DNA of 64,000 bases from the human T2T-CHM13v2.0 reference genome, Homo sapiens, in assembly GCF_009914755.1 (NCBI RefSeq), contig NC_060945.1. One strand, 5' to 3'. Below the pieces are notes generated by a model. It saw only the letters and a program-made list of their open reading frames with translations. It had not been told where the DNA came from and searched no databases. Position 1 is the first letter of the stretch; each line of letters begins with the position of its first letter. This document shows positions 1-18,000 of this stretch, piece by piece. The position numbers and the translations under genes were made by a program.

Positions 1-3000
1 TATATAATACACACTTTGGGTACTTTGATATTTTATCTATAGTATATAATACATACTTTGGGTACTTTGATAGTTTATGTACATTATACAATATATAATT
101 TGACTACTTTGATATTTTATGTCCAGTATAGAATATATAGTTTTCGTAGTTTGATATTTTATGTACAGTATATAGTTTGAGTACATTGATATTTTATGTA
201 CACTTTATTATAAATGTTTGGGTACTTTCATATTTTATGTACAGTATATAATACATACTTTGGGCACTTTGATATTTTATGTACAGTATAAAATACATAC
301 TTTGGGTACTTTGATAATTTATATACAGTATATAATACATATTTTGGGTACTTTTATATTTTATGTACAGTACATAATGCATACTTGGGGTACTTTGAAA
401 TTTTATGTACAGTATATAATGCATACTTTGGGTACTTTGATATTTTATGTACAGTATATAATACATACTTTGGGTACTTTGATATTTTATGTACAGTATA
501 TAATATATAGTTTGGGTACTTTGATATTATATGGACAGTATATAATACACACTTTGGGTTCTTTGATATTTTATGTACAGTATACTATATATAGTTTGGG
601 TACTTTGATATTTTATGTCCAGTATAAAATAAATAGTTTTGATACTTTCATATTTTATGTACAGTATATAGTTTGAGTTTTGTACTTTGATATTGAGTTT
701 GAGTTTGAGTACTTTGATATTTTATGTACAGTTTATTATAAATGTTTGGGTGCTTTCATATTTTATGTACAGTATATAATACATACTTTGGGCACTTTGA
801 TATTTTATGAAGAGTATATAATACATACTTTGGGTACTTTCATATTTTATGTACAGTATATAATACATACTTTGGGTACTTTGATATTTTATGTACAGTA
901 TGTAATATATAGTTTGTGTACTTCGATATTTTATATACAGTATATAATGTATATTTTGTGTACTTGGTATTTTATGTACAGTTTATAATATATAGTTTCG
1001 GTAGTTTGATATTTTATGTACAGTACATAATATATAGTTTCGGTAGTTTGATATTTTATGTACAGTATGTAATATATAGTTTGGGTAATTTAATATTTTA
1101 TGTACAGTATACAATATATAGTTTGGGTACTTTGATATTTTATGTACAGTATATAATATATATTTTGGGTACTTTGATATTTTATGTGCAGCGTATAATA
1201 TACAGTTTGGGTACTTTGATATTTTATGTACAGTATATAATATACACTTTGGGTAGTTTGTTATTTTATGTACAGTTTATTATAAATGTTTGTGTACTTT
1301 CATAATTTATGTACAGTATAATATACACATTTTGGGTACTTTTATATTTTATGTACATTATATAATATATATTTGGAGTAATGTGATATTTTATGTACAG
1401 AATAATATATATATATTTGATATACCTTCATATTTTATGTACAGTATATAATATACACTTTGGGTACTTTGATATTTTATGTACAGTATATAATATATAC
1501 TTTGGGTACTTTGATATTTTATGTGCAGCATATAATATACAGTTTGGGTACTTTGATATTTTATGTACAATATACAATATACAGTTTGGGTAGTTTTTTT
1601 ATGTACAGTTTATTATAAATGTTTGGGTACTTTCATAATTTATGTACAGTATATTATACATATTTTGGGTACTTTGATATTTTATGTACAGTATATAATA
1701 CATACTTTGGGTACTTTGATATTTTATGTGCATCATATAATATATATTTGGTGTACTTTCATATTTTATGTACAGAATATAATATATTTTGATGTACTTT
1801 CATATTTTATATACAGTATGTAATATATATTTGGGCGACCTTAATATATTATGTACTGTATATAATATATATTTGCGTGACTTTAATATATTATGTACAG
1901 TATATATTTTGGTGTACTTTGATATTTTCTGTAGAGAATATAATATATATTTGATGTACCTTCATATTTTATGTACAGTACATAATATATATTTTGAGTA
2001 ATTTGATATTTTATGTACAGTATATAATATACAGTTTGGGTACTTTGATATTTTATGTACTGTATAGAATATATAGTTTGAGTACTTTGTTATTTTATGT
2101 ACAGTTTATTATAAATGTTTGGGTACTTTCATAATTTATGTACAGTATATTATACATATTTTGGGTACTTTGATATTTTATGTACAGTATATAATACATT
2201 CTTTGTGTAATTTGATATTTTATGTACAGTGTATAACATATATTTGGTGTACTTTGATATTTTATGTACACTATATAATACATACTTTGGGTACTTTGAT
2301 ATTTTATGTACATTATATAATATATATTTTGTGTACTTTGATATTTTATGTACAGTATATAATATATATTGGGAGGAATTTAATATATTATCTACAGTAT
2401 ATAATATGTTTTGTTGTACTTTGATATTTTATGTGCAGCATATAATATATATTTGGTGTACTTTCAGATTTTCTGTACAGAATATAATATATATTTGATG
2501 TAACTTCATATTTTATGTACACTATATAATATATATTTGGGTGACCTTATTATATTAAGTACAATATATAAAATATATTTGGGCGGCTTTAATATATTAT
2601 GTACAGTATATAATATGTTTTGGTGTACCTTGATATTTTATGTACAGGATATAATATATATTGGATGTACCTTCATATTTTATGTACAGTACATAATATA
2701 TATTTTGGGTACTTTGATATTTTATGTACAGTATATAATATACAGTTTGGGTACTTTGATATTTTATGTACTGTATAGAATATATAGTTTGAGTACTTTG
2801 TTATTTTATGTACAGTTTATTATAAATGTTTGGGTACTTTCATAATATATGGACCGTATATTATACATATTTTGGGTACTTTTATATTTTATGAACAGTA
2901 TATAATATATATTGGGAGTAATGTTATATTTTATGTATAGAATAATATATATATCTGATATACCTTCATATTTTATGTACAGTATATAATATACAGTTTG

Positions 3001-6000
3001 GGTACTTTGATATTTTATGTACAGTATATAATATTTACTTTGGGTACTTTGATATGTTATGTGCAGCATATAATATACAGTTTGTGTACTTTGATATTTT
3101 ATGTACAATATATAATATACAGTTTGGGTAGTTTGTTATTTTATATACAGTTTATTATAAATGTTTGGGTACTTTCATGATTTATGTACAGTATATTATA
3201 CATATTTTGGGTACTTTGATATTTTATGTACAGTATATAATACATACTTTGGGTACTTTGATATTTTATGTGCATCATATAATATATATTTGGTTTACTT
3301 TCAGATTTTATGTACAGAATATAATATATATTTGATGTACTTTCATATTTTATATACAGTATGTAATATATATTTGGGCGACCTTAATATATTATGTACA
3401 GTATATAACATATATTTGGGCGAGTTTAATATATTAGTTACAGTATATATTTTGGTGTACTTTGATATTTTAAGTACAGAATATAATATATATTTGATGT
3501 ACCTTCATATTTTATGTACAGTGCACAATATATATTTCGGGTACTTTGATATTTCATGTACAGTATATAATATACAATTTGGGTACTTTGATATTTTATG
3601 TACAGTATAGAATATATAGGTTGAGTACTTTGTTATTTTATGTACAGTTTATTATAAATGTTTGGGTACTTTCATAATTTATGTACAGTATATTATACAT
3701 ATTTTGGTTACTTTGATATTTTATGGACAGTATATAATATATATTTGGGGTAATGTGATATTTTATGTACAGAATAATATATATATTTGATGTACCTTCA
3801 TATTTTATGTACAGTATATAATATATACTTTGGGTACTTTGATAATTTATGTACAGTATATAATATATAGTTTGGGTACTTTTATATTTTATGTGCAGCA
3901 TATTATATACAGTTTGGGTACTCTGATATTTTATGTACAGTATATAATATACAGTTTTGGTAGTTTGTAGTTTTATGTACAGTTTATTATAAATGTTTGG
4001 GTACTTTCATAATTTATGTACAGTATATTATACATACTTTGCGTACTTTGATATTTTATATACTGTATATAATATATATATGTTATAATGTGATATTTTA
4101 TGTACAGAATAATATATATATTTGTTGTACCTTCATATTTTATGTACAGTATATAATATATAGTTTGGGTACTCTGATATTTTATGTACAGTATATAATA
4201 TATATTTGGTTTAATGTGATATTTTATGTACAGAATAATATATATATTGGATGTACCTTCATATTTTATGTACAGTATATAATAAATACTTTGGGTACTT
4301 TGATATTTTATGTACAGTATATAATATATACTTTGGGTACTTTGATATTTTATGTGCAGCATAAAATATACAGTTTGGGTACTTTGATATTTTATGTACA
4401 GTAAGTAATATACAGTTTGGGTAGTTTGTTATTTTATGTACAGGTTATTATAAATGTTTGGGTACTTTCATAATTTATGTACAGTATATTCTACATATTT
4501 TGGGTACTTTGATATTTTATGTACAGTATATAATACATACTTTGGGTACTTTGATATTTTATGTGCAGCATATAACATATATTTGGGGTACTTTCAGATT
4601 TTTTGTACAGAATATAATATATATTTGATATACCTTCATATTTTATGTACAGTGTATAATATATATTTGGGCGACCTTAATATATTATGTACAGTATATA
4701 ATATATTTTGGTGTACTTTGATATTTTATGTACAGAATATAATATATATTTGATGTACCTTCGTATTTTATGTACAGTACATAATATATATTTTGGGTAC
4801 TTTGATATTTTATGTACAGTATATAATATACAGTTTGGGTATTTTGATATTTTATGTAATGTATAGAACATATAGTTTGAGTACTTTGTTATTTTACGTA
4901 CACTTTATTATAAATGTATGGGTAATTTCATAATTTATGTACAGCATATGATACATATTTTGGGTACTTTGACATTTTATGTACAGTATATAATACATAC
5001 TTTGGGTAATTTGATATTTTTTGTACAGTATATAATATATATTTGGTGTAATTTGATATTTTATGCACAGTATATAATAGATACTTTGGGTACTTTGATA
5101 TTTTATGTACAGTATATAATATATATTTTGGGTACTTTGATATTTTATGTACAGTATATAAAAAATTCTTTGGGTAATTTGATATTTTATGTACAGTATA
5201 TAATATATATTTGGTGTAATTTGATATTTTATGTACAGTATATAATACATGCTTTGTGAAGTTTGATATTTTATGTACAGTAAATAATATATATTATGGG
5301 TACTTTGATATTTTATGTACAGTATATAATATGCAGTTTGGGTACTTTGATATTTTATGTACAGTGTATAATATATACTTTCAGTACTTTGTTATTTTAT
5401 GTACAGTTTATTATAAATGTTTGGGTACTTTTATAATTTATGAACAGTATATTATACATATTTAGGGTACTTTGATATTTTATGTACAGTATATAATGCA
5501 TACTTTGGTTACTTTGATATTTTATGTGCAGCATATAGTATATATTTGGAGTACTTTCAGATATTATGTACAGAATATAATATATATTTGATGTACCTTC
5601 ATATTTTATGTACAGTATATAATATATATTTGGGCGACCTTAATATGTTATGTACAGTATATAATATATATTTGGTGTACTTTAATATTTAATGTACAGA
5701 ATAAAATATATATTTGATGTACCTTCATATTTTATGTACAGTACATAATATATATATTGGGTACTTTGATATTTTATGTACAGTATATAATATACAGTTT
5801 GGGTACTTTTATATTTTATGTACTGTATAGAATATATAGTTTGAGTACTTTGTTATTTTATGTACAGTTTATTATAAATGTTTGGGTACTTTCATAATTT
5901 ATGTACAGTATATTATACATATTTTGGGTACTTTTATATTTTATGGACAGTATATAATATATATTTGTTGTAATGTGATATTTTATGTACAGAATGATAT

Positions 6001-9000
6001 ATATATACTTGATGTACCTTCATATTTTTGGTACAGTATATAATATATACTTTGGGTACTTTGATATTTTATGTACGGTATATAATATATCCTTTGGGTA
6101 ATTTGATATTTTATGTGCAGAATATAATAAACAGTTTGGATACTTTTATATTTTATGTACAGTATATAATATACAGTTTGGGTAGTTTGTTATTTTATGT
6201 ACAGTTTATTATAAATGTTTGGGTACTTTCATAAATTATATGCAGTATATTATACATATTTTGGGTACTTTGATATTTTATGTACAGTATATAATATACA
6301 GTTTGGGTACTTTGATATTTTATGTACTGTAGAGAATATATAGGTTGAGTACTTTGTTATTTTATGTATAGTTTATTATAAATGTTTGGGGAGTTTCATA
6401 ATTTATGTACAGTATATTATACATATTTTGGTTACTTTGATATTTTTTGTACAGTATATAAAACATACTTTGGGTAATTTAAAATTTTATGTACAGTATA
6501 TAATATATATTTGGTGTAAATTGATATTTTATGTACAGTATATAATACATACATTGCATACTTTTATATTTTATATAGAGTATATAATATATATTTTGGG
6601 TAGTTTGATATTTTATGTACAGTATATAATACAGAGTATGGGTACTTTGATATTTTATGTACAGTGTATAATATATAGTTTGAGTACTTTGTTATTTTAT
6701 GTACAGTTTATTATAAATTTCTGGGTACTTTCATAATTTATGTACAGTATATTATACATATTTAGGGTACTTTGATATTTTATGTACAGTATATAGTACA
6801 TACTTTGGGTATTTTGATATTTTATGTGCAGCATATAGTATATATTTGGTGTACTTTCAGATTTTATGTACAGAATATAATATATATTTGATGTACCTTC
6901 ATATTTTATGTACAGTATATAATATATACTTTGGGTACTTTGATATTTTATGTACCGTATATAATATACAGTTTGGGTACTTTGATATTTTATGTACAGT
7001 ATATAATATATAGTTTGAGTACTTTGTTATTTTATATACAGTTTATTATAAATGTTGGGGTACTTTCATAATTTATGTACAGTATATTATACATATTTTG
7101 GGTACTTTGTTATTTTATGTACAGTATATAATATATATTTGGTGTAATGTGATATTTTTTGTACAGTAAGTAATACATACTTTGGGTACTTTGATATTTT
7201 ATGTACAGTATATAATATATATTTTGTGTACTTTGATATTTTATGTACAGTATATAATATACAGTTTGGGTACTTTGATATTTTATGTACAGTATATAAT
7301 ATATAGTTTGAGTACCTTGTTTTTTTATGTACAGTTTATTATAAATGTTTGGGTACTTTCATAATTTATGTACAGTATATTATACATATTTTTGTACTTT
7401 GATATTTTATGTACAGTAGATAATATATATTTGGTTTAATGTGATATTTTATGTACAGAATACTATATATATTTGATTTACCTTCATATTTTAGGTACAG
7501 TATATAATATATACTTTGGGTACTTTGATATTTTATGTACAGTATATAATATATATTTTCGTACTTTGATATTTTATGTGCAGCATATAATATACAGTTT
7601 GGGTACTTTGATATTTTATGTACAGTATATAATATATAGTGTGAGTACTTTGTTATTTTATGTACAGTTTATTATAAATGTTTGGGTACTTTCATAATTT
7701 ATGTACAGTATATTATACATACTTTGGGTTCTTTGATATTTTATGTACTGTATATAATATATATTTCTTATAATGTGATATTTTATGTACAGAATAATAT
7801 ATATATTTGATGTACCTTCATATTTTATGTACAGTGTATAATATATATTTTGGGTACTCTGATATTTTATGTACAGTATATAATATATATTTGATGTACC
7901 TTCATATTTTATGTACAGAACTTATATATTTTGGATACTTTGATATTTTATGTACAGTATATAATATACAGTTTGGGTACTTTGATATTTTATTTACTGT
8001 AGAGAATATATAGTTTGAGTACTTTGTTATTTTATGTACAGTTTATTATAAATGTTTGGGTACTTTCATAATTTATGTACAGTATATTATACATATTTTG
8101 GGTACTTTGATATTTTATGTACAGTTTATAATACATACTTTGGGTAATTTAATATTTTATGTACAGTATGTAATATATATTTCGTGTAATTTGATATTTT
8201 ATGTACAGTATATAATACATACTTTGGGTACTTTTATATTTTATATACAGTATATAATATATATTTTGGGTAGTTTGATATTTTATGTACAGTATATAAT
8301 ACTCAGTTTGGGTACTTTGATATTTTATTTACAGTGTATAATATATAGTTTGAGTACTTTGTTATTTTATGTACAGTTTACTATAAATTTCTGGGTACTT
8401 TCATAATTTATGTACAGTATATTATACATATTTAGGGTACTTTGATAGTTTATGTACAGTATATAGTACATACTTTGGGTACTTTGATATTTTATGTGCA
8501 GCATAGAGTATATATTTGGAGTTCTTTCAGATTTTATGTACAGAATATAATATATATTTGATGTACCTTCATATTTTATGTACAGTATATAATATATACT
8601 TTGGGTACTTTGATATTTTATGTACAGTATATAATATACAGTTTGGGTACTTTGATATTTTATGTACTGTATAGAATATATAGTTTGCGTACTTTGTTAT
8701 TTTATGTACAGTTTATTATAAATATTTGGGTATTTTCGTAATTTATGTTCAGTATACTATGCATATTTTGGGTACTTTGATATTTTATGTACAGTATATA
8801 ATATATATTTGGTGTAATGTGATATTTTATGTACAGAATAATATATTTATTTGATGTACCTTCATATTTTATGTACAGTATGTAATATATACTTTGGGTA
8901 CTTTGATATTTTATGTACAGTATATAATATATACTTTGCGTACTTTGATATTTTATGTTCAGCGTATAATATACAGTTTGGGTACTTTGATATTTTATGT

Positions 9001-12000
9001 ACAGTATATAATATACAGTTTGGGTAGTTTGTTATTTTATGTACAGTTTATTATAAATGCTTGGGTACTTTCATAATTTATGTAGAGTATATTATAAATA
9101 TTTTGTGTACTTTGATATTTTATGTATAGTATATAATACATACTTTGGGTAATTTGATATTTTATGTACAGTATATAATATATATTCGGTGTAATTTGAT
9201 ATTTTATGTACAGTATATAATACATACTTTGGGTACTTTGATATTTTTTGTGCAGCATATAACATATATTTTGTGTACTTTCAGATTTTATTTACAGAAT
9301 ATAATATATATTTTATGTACCTTCATATTTTATGTACAGTATATAATATATATTTTGGTGACCTTAATATATTATGTATAGTATATAATATATATTTGGG
9401 TGACTTTAATATATTATGTACAGTATATAATATATTTTGGTGTACTTTGATATTTTATGTACAGAATATAATATATATTTGATGTACCTTCATATTTTAT
9501 GTACATTATATAATATACATTTGGGGGACCTTAATATATTATGTACAGTATATAATATATATTTGGGCGACTTTAATATATTATGTACAGTATATATTTT
9601 GGTGTACTTTGATATTTTATGTACAGTATATAATATATATTTGATGTACCTTCATATTTTATGTACAGTACATAATATATATTATGGGTACTTTGATATT
9701 TTATGTACAGTATATAATATACAGATTGGGAACTTTGATATTTTATGAACAGTATATGATATATAGTTTGAGTACTTTGTTATTTTATGTAGTTTATTTG
9801 AAATATTTGGGTACTTTCATAATTTAGGTACAGTATATTATACATATTTTGTGTACTTTGATATTGTATGTACAGTATATAATACATACTTTGGGTACTT
9901 AGATATTTTATGTGCAGCATATAACATATATTTGGTGTACTTTCATATTTTATGTACAGAATATAATATATATTTGATGTACCTTCATATTTTATGTACA
10001 GTATATAATATATATTTGGGCGAACTTAATATATTACGTACAGTATATAATATATATTTGGGTGACTTTAATATATTATGTAGAGTATATAATATATTTT
10101 GGTGTACTTTGATAATTTCTGTACAGAATATAATATATACTTGATGTACCTTCATATTTTATGTACAGTATATAATATATATTTCGGATAATTTGATATT
10201 TTATGAACAGTATATAATATAGAGTTTGGTTACTCTGATATTTTATGTACTGTATAGAATATATAGTTTGAGTACTTTGTTATTTTAGGTACAGTTTATT
10301 ATCAATGTTTGGGCACTTTCATAATTTATGTACAGTATATTATACATATTTTGGGTACTTTGATATTTTATGTACAGTATATAATACATACTTTGGGTAA
10401 TTTGATATTTTATGTACAGTATATAATATATATTTGGTGTAGTTTTATATTTTTTGTACAGGAAATAATATATACTTTTGGTACTTTGATATTTTAAGTG
10501 CAGCGTATAATATACAGTTTGGGTACTTTGATATTTTATGTACCGTATATAATATACCGTTAGGGTACTTTGATATTTTATGTACTGTATAGGATATATA
10601 GTTTGGTACTTTGTTATTTTATGTACACTTTATTATAAATGTTTGGGTACTTTCATAATTTATGTACAGTATATTATACATATTTTGGGTACTTTGATAT
10701 TTTATGCACAGTATATAATATATATTTGGTGTAATTTGATATTTTATGTACAGTATATAATAAATAATTTGGGTACTTTGATATTTTATGTACAGTATAA
10801 AATACATACTTTGGGTAATTTGATATTTTATGTACAGTATATAATATATATTTTTCCATACTTTGATATTTTATGTACAGTATATAATATACAGTTTGAG
10901 TACTTTGATATTTTATGTACAGTACATAATATATAGTTTGAGTACTTTGTTATTTTCTGTACAGTTTATTATAAATGTTTGGGTACTTTCATAATTTATA
11001 TACAGGATATTATATATATTTTGTGTACTTTGATATTTTATGTACAGTATATAATGTATATTTGGTGTAATGTGATATTTTATGTACAGAATAATATATA
11101 TATTTGATGTACCTTCCTATTTTATGTACAGTATATAATATATACGTTGGGTACTTTGATATTTTATGTACAGTATATTATATATACTTTGGGTACTTTG
11201 ATATTTTATGTGCAGCGTATAATATACAGTTTGGGTACTTTGATATTTTATGTACAGTGTATAATATACAGTTTGGGTAGTTTGTTATTTTATGTACAGT
11301 TTATTATAAATGTTTGGGTACTTTCATAATTTATGTACAGTATTTTATACATATTTTGGGTACTTTGATATTTTATGTACAGTATATAATACATACTTTG
11401 GGTAATTTGATATTTTATGTGCAGCATATAACATATATTTGGCGTACTTTCAGATTCTATGTACAGAATATAAAATATATTTGATGTAACTTCATATTTT
11501 ATGTACAGTATGTAATATATATTTGGGAGAACTTAATATATTATGTACAGTATATAATATGTATTTGGGTGACTTTAATATATTATGTACAGTATATAAT
11601 ATATTATGGTGTACTTTGATATTTTATGTACAGAATATAATATATATTTGATGTACCTTCATATTTTATGTACAGTACATAATATATGTTTTTGGTACTT
11701 TGATATTTTATGTACAGTATATAATATACAGTTTGGGTACTTTGATATTTTATATACAGTATATAATATATAGTTTGGGTACTTTATTTTATGTACAGTT
11801 TATTATAAATGTTTGTGTACTTTCATAATTTATGTACAGTATATTATACATATTTTGGGTACTTTGATATTTTATGTACAGTATATAATATATATTTGTT
11901 GTAATTTGATATTTTATGTACAGTATATAATACATACTTTGGGTACTTTGATATTTTATGTACAGTATAAAATACATACTTTGGGTAATTTGATATTTTA

Positions 12001-15000
12001 TGTACAGTACATTATACATATTTTGGGTACTTTGATATTTTATGTACAGTATATAATATATACTTTGGGTACTTTGGAATTTTATGTGCAGCATATAATA
12101 TACAGTTTGGGTACTTTGATATTTTATGTACAGTATATAATATACAGTTTGGGCAGTTTGTTATTTTATGGACAGTTTATTATAAATGCTTGGGTACTTT
12201 CATAATTTATGTACAGTATATAATACATATTTTGGGTACTTTGATATTTTATGTGCAGCATATAACATATTTGGTGTACTTTCAGATTTTATGTACAGAA
12301 TATAATAAATATTTTATGTACCTTCGTATTTTATGTACAGTATATAATATATATTTGGGAGACCTTAATATATTATGTACAGTATATAACATATATTTGG
12401 GCGACTTTAATATATTATGTACAGTATATAATATATTTTGGTGTACTTTGATATTTTATGTACAGAATATAATATATATTTGATGTACCTTCATATTTTA
12501 TGTACAGTACATAATATATATTTTCGGTACTTTGGTATTTTATGTACACTATATAATATAGAATGTGGGTAATTTGATATTTTATGTACAGTATATAATA
12601 TATACTTTGGGTACTTTGTTATTTTATGTACAGTTTATTATAAATGTTTGGGTACTTTCATAATTTATGTACAGTATATTATACATATTTTGGGTACTTT
12701 GATATTTTATGTACAGTATATAATATATATTTTGTGTAATTTGATATTTTATGTACAGTATATAATACATACTTTGGGTACTTTGATATTTTATGTACAG
12801 TATAAAATACAAACTTTAGGTAATTTGATATTTTATGTACAGTATATAATATATATTTGGCATAGTTTGATATTTTATCTACAGTATATAATAAATACTT
12901 TGGGTACTTTGATATTTTATGTACAGTATATAATATATAATTTGGGTACTTTGATATTTTATGTACAGTATATAATATACAGTTTGAATACTTTGTTATT
13001 TTATGGACAGTTTATTATAACTGTTTGGATACTTTCATAATTTATATACAGTATATTATATATATTTTGGGTACTTTGATATTTTATGTACAGTATATAA
13101 TATATAGTTTGAGTACTTTGTTATTTTATGTACAGTTTATTATAAATGTTTGGGTACTTTCATAATTTATATACAGTATATTATACATACTTTGGGTACT
13201 TTGATATTTTATGTACAGTATATAATATGTAGTTTGGTTACTTTGATATTTTATGTACAGCATATAATATATATTTTCGGTACTTTGATATTTTATGTAC
13301 AGTATATAATATACAGTTTGAGTACTTTGATATTTTATGTACAGAATATAATATATAGTTTGAGTACTTTGTTATTTTATGTACAGTTTATTATAAATGT
13401 TTGGGTACTTTCATAATTTATATACAGTATATTATACATATTTTGGGTTCTTTGATATTTTATGTACACTATATAATATATATTTGGTGTAATGTGATAT
13501 TTTATGTACAGAATAATATATATATTTGATGTACCTTCATATTTTATGTACAGCATATAATATATACTTTGGGTACTTTGATATTTTATGTACAGTATAT
13601 TATATATACTTTGGGTCCTTTGATATTTTATGTGCAGCATATAATATACAGTTTGGGTACTTTGATATTTTATATACAGTGTATAATATACAGTTTGGGT
13701 AGTTTGTTATTTTATGTACAGTTTATTATAAATATTTGGGTACTTTCATAATTTATGTAGAGTGTATTATACATATTTTGGGTACTTTGATATTTTATGT
13801 ACAGTATATAATACATACATTGGGTACCTTGTTATTTTATGTGCAGCATATAACACATATTTGGTGTACTTCCAGATTTTATGTACAGAAGATAAAATAT
13901 ATTTGATGTACCTTCATATTTTATATACAGTATATAATATATATTTGGGCGACCTTTATATATTATGTACAGTATATATTATATATTTGCGTGACTTTAA
14001 TATATTATGTACAGTATATAATATATTTTGGTGTACTTTGATATTTTATGTACAGAATATAATATATATTTTATGTACCTTCATATTTTATGTACAGTAC
14101 ATAATATACATTTTGGGTAATTTGATATTTTATGTACAGTATATAATATAAAGTTTGGGTACTTTGATATTTTATATACTGTAAAGAATATATAGTTTGA
14201 GTACGTTGATATTTTATGTACAGTTTATTATAAATGTTTGGGTACTTTCATAATTTATGTACAGTATATTATACATATTTTGGGTACTTTGATATTTTAT
14301 GTACAGTATATAATACATACTTTGGGTACTTTGATATTTTATGTGCAGCATATAACATATATTTGGTGTACTTTCAGATTTTATGTACAGAATATAATAT
14401 ATATTTGATGTACCTTCATATTTTATGTACAGTGTATAATATATATTTGGGCGACCTTAATATATTATATACAGTATATAATATCTATTTGGGCAACTTT
14501 AATATATTACGTACAGTATATAATATATTTTGGTGTACTTTGATATTTTATGTAGAGAATATAATATATATTTGATTTACCTTCATATTTTATGTACCAT
14601 GCATAATATATATTTTGGGTACTTTGATATTTTATGTACAGTATATAATATACAGTTTGGGTACTTTGATATTTTATGTACTCTATAGAATATATAGTTT
14701 GAGTACTTTGTTATTTTATGTACAGTTTACTATAAATGTTTGGGTACTTTCATAATTTATGTACAGTATATTATACATAATTTGGGTACTTTGATATTTT
14801 ATGTGCAGCATGTAATATATATTTGGTGTACTTTCAGATTTTATGTACAGAATATAATACATACTTTGGGTACTTTGATATTTTATGAACAGTATATAAT
14901 ATATATTTTGGGTACTTTGATATTTTATGTACAGTATATAATATACAGTTTGGGGACTTTGATATTTTATGTACCGTATATAACATATAGTTTGAGTACT

Positions 15001-18000
15001 TTGTTATTTTATGTACAGTGTATTATAAATGTTTGGGTACTTTCATAATTTATGTACAGTATATTATACATATTTTGGGTACTTTGATATTTTATGTACA
15101 GTATATAATACATACTTTGGGTACTTTGATATTTTATGTGCTGCATATAACTTATATTTGGTGTACTTTCAGATTTTATGTACAGAATATAATATATATT
15201 TGATGTACCTTCATATTTTATGTACAGTGTATAATATATATTTGGGCAAACTTAATATACTATGTACAGTATATAATATATATTTGGGCGACTTTAATAT
15301 ATTACGTACAGTATATAATATATTTTGGTGTACTTTGATATTTTATGTACAGAATATAATATGTATTTGATGTACCTTCATATTTTATGTACAGTGCATA
15401 ATATATATTTTGGGTACTTTGATATTTTATGTACAGTATATAAGATACAGTTTGGGTACTTTGATATTTTATGTACTGTATAGAATATATAGTTTGAGTA
15501 CATTGTTATTTTATGTACAATTTATTATAAATGTTTGGGTACTTTCATAATTTATGTACAGTATATTAGACATATTTTGGGTACTTTGATATTTTATGTA
15601 CAGTATATAATATACAGTTTGGGTACTTTGATATTTTATGTGCAGCATGTAATATATATTTGGTGTACTTTCAGATTTTGTTTACAGAATATTATACATA
15701 CTTTGGGTACTTTGATATTTTATGAACAGTATATAATATATATTTTGGGTACTTTGATATTTTATGTACAGTATATAACATACAGTTTGGGTACTTTGAT
15801 ATTTTATATACAGTATATAATATACAGTTTGAGTACTTTGTTATTTTATGTACAGTTTATTATAAATGTTTGGGTATATTCGTAATTTATGTACAGTATA
15901 TTATGCATATTTTGGGTACTTTGATATTTTATGTACAGTTTATAATATATATTTGGTGTAATGTGATATTTTATGTACAGAATAATATATATATTTGATG
16001 TACCTTCATATTTTATGTACCGTATGTAATATATACTTTGGGTACTTGGATATTTTATGTACAGTATATAATATATACTTTGCGTACTTTGATATTTTAT
16101 GTGCAGCGTATAATATACAGTTTGGGTACTTTGATATTTTATGTACAGTATATAATATACAGTTTGGGTAGTTTGTTATTTTATGTACAGTTTATTATAA
16201 ATGCTTGGGTACTTTCATAATTTATGTACAGTATATTATACATATTTTGGGTACTTTGATATTTTATGTACAGTGTATAATACATACTTTGGGTACTTTG
16301 ATATTTTATGTGCAGCATATAACACATATATGGTGTACTTTCAAATTTTATGTACAGAATATAATATATATTTGATGTACCTTCATATGTTATGTACAGT
16401 ATACAGTATATATTTGGGCGACCTTAATATATTATATAGAGTATATAATATATATTTGGGCGACTTTAATATATTACGTACAGTATATTATATATTTCGG
16501 TGTACTTTGATATTTTATGTACAGAATATACTATATATTTGATGTACCTTCATATATAATGTACAGTACATAATATATATTTTGGAGTGTTTGATATTTT
16601 ATGTACAGTATATAATATCCAGTTTGGGTACTATGATATTTTATGTACTGCATAGAATATATAGTTTGAGTACTTTGTTATTTTATGTACAGTTTACTAT
16701 AAATGTTTGGGTACTTTCATAATTTATGTACAGTATATTATGCATATTTTGGGTACTTTGATATTTTATGTACAGTATATAATACATACTTTGTGTACTT
16801 TGATATTTTATGTGCAGCATATAACATATATTTGGTGTACTTTCAGATTTTATGTACAGAATATAATATATATTTGATGTACCTTCATATTTTATGTACA
16901 GTGTATAATATATATTTGGGCGACCTTAATATATTATGTACAGTATATAATATATATTTTGGCGACTTTAATATATTACATACATTATATAATATATTTT
17001 GGTGTACTTTGATATTTTATGTACAGAATATAATATATATTTGATGAACCTTCATATTCTATGTACAGTGCATAATATATATTTTGGGTAATTTGATATT
17101 TTATGCACAGTATATAATGTACAGTTTGGGTACTTTGATATTTTATGTACTGTATAGAATATATAGTTTGAGTACTTTGTTATTTTATGTACAGTTTACT
17201 TTAAATGTTTGGGTACTTTCATAATTTATGTACAGTATATTATACATATTTTGGGTTCTTTGATATTTTATGTACAGTATATAATACATACTTTGGGTAA
17301 TTTGATATTTTATGTGCAGCATGAAATATATATTTGGTGTACTTTCAGATTTTATGTACAGAATATAATACATACTTTTGGTACTTTAATATTTTAGGAA
17401 CAGTATATAATATATATTTTGGGTACTTTGATATTTTTATGTACAGTATATAATATACAGTTTGGGTACTATGATATTTTATGTACAGTATATAATATAT
17501 AGTTTGAGTACTTTGTTATTTTATGTACAGTTTATTATAAATGTTTGGGTACTTTCATAATTTATGTACAGTATATTATACATATTTTGGGTATTTTGAT
17601 AATTTATGTACAGTATATAATATATATTTAGTGTAATTTGATATTTTATGTACAGTATATAATACATACTTTGGGTACTTTGATATTTTATGTACAGGAT
17701 AAAATACATACTTTGGGTAATTTGATTTTTTATGTACAGTATATAATATATATTTGGCGTAGTTTGATATTTTATGTACAGTATATAATATATATTTGGT
17801 GTAATGTGATATTTTATATAGAGAATAATATGTATATTTGATGTACCTTCATATTTTATGTACAGTATGTAATATATACTTTGAGTACTTTGACATTTTA
17901 TGTACAGTATATAATATATACTTTGGGTACTTTGATATTTTATGTGCAGCGTATAATATACAGTTTGGGTACTTTGATATTTTATGTCCAGTATATAATA

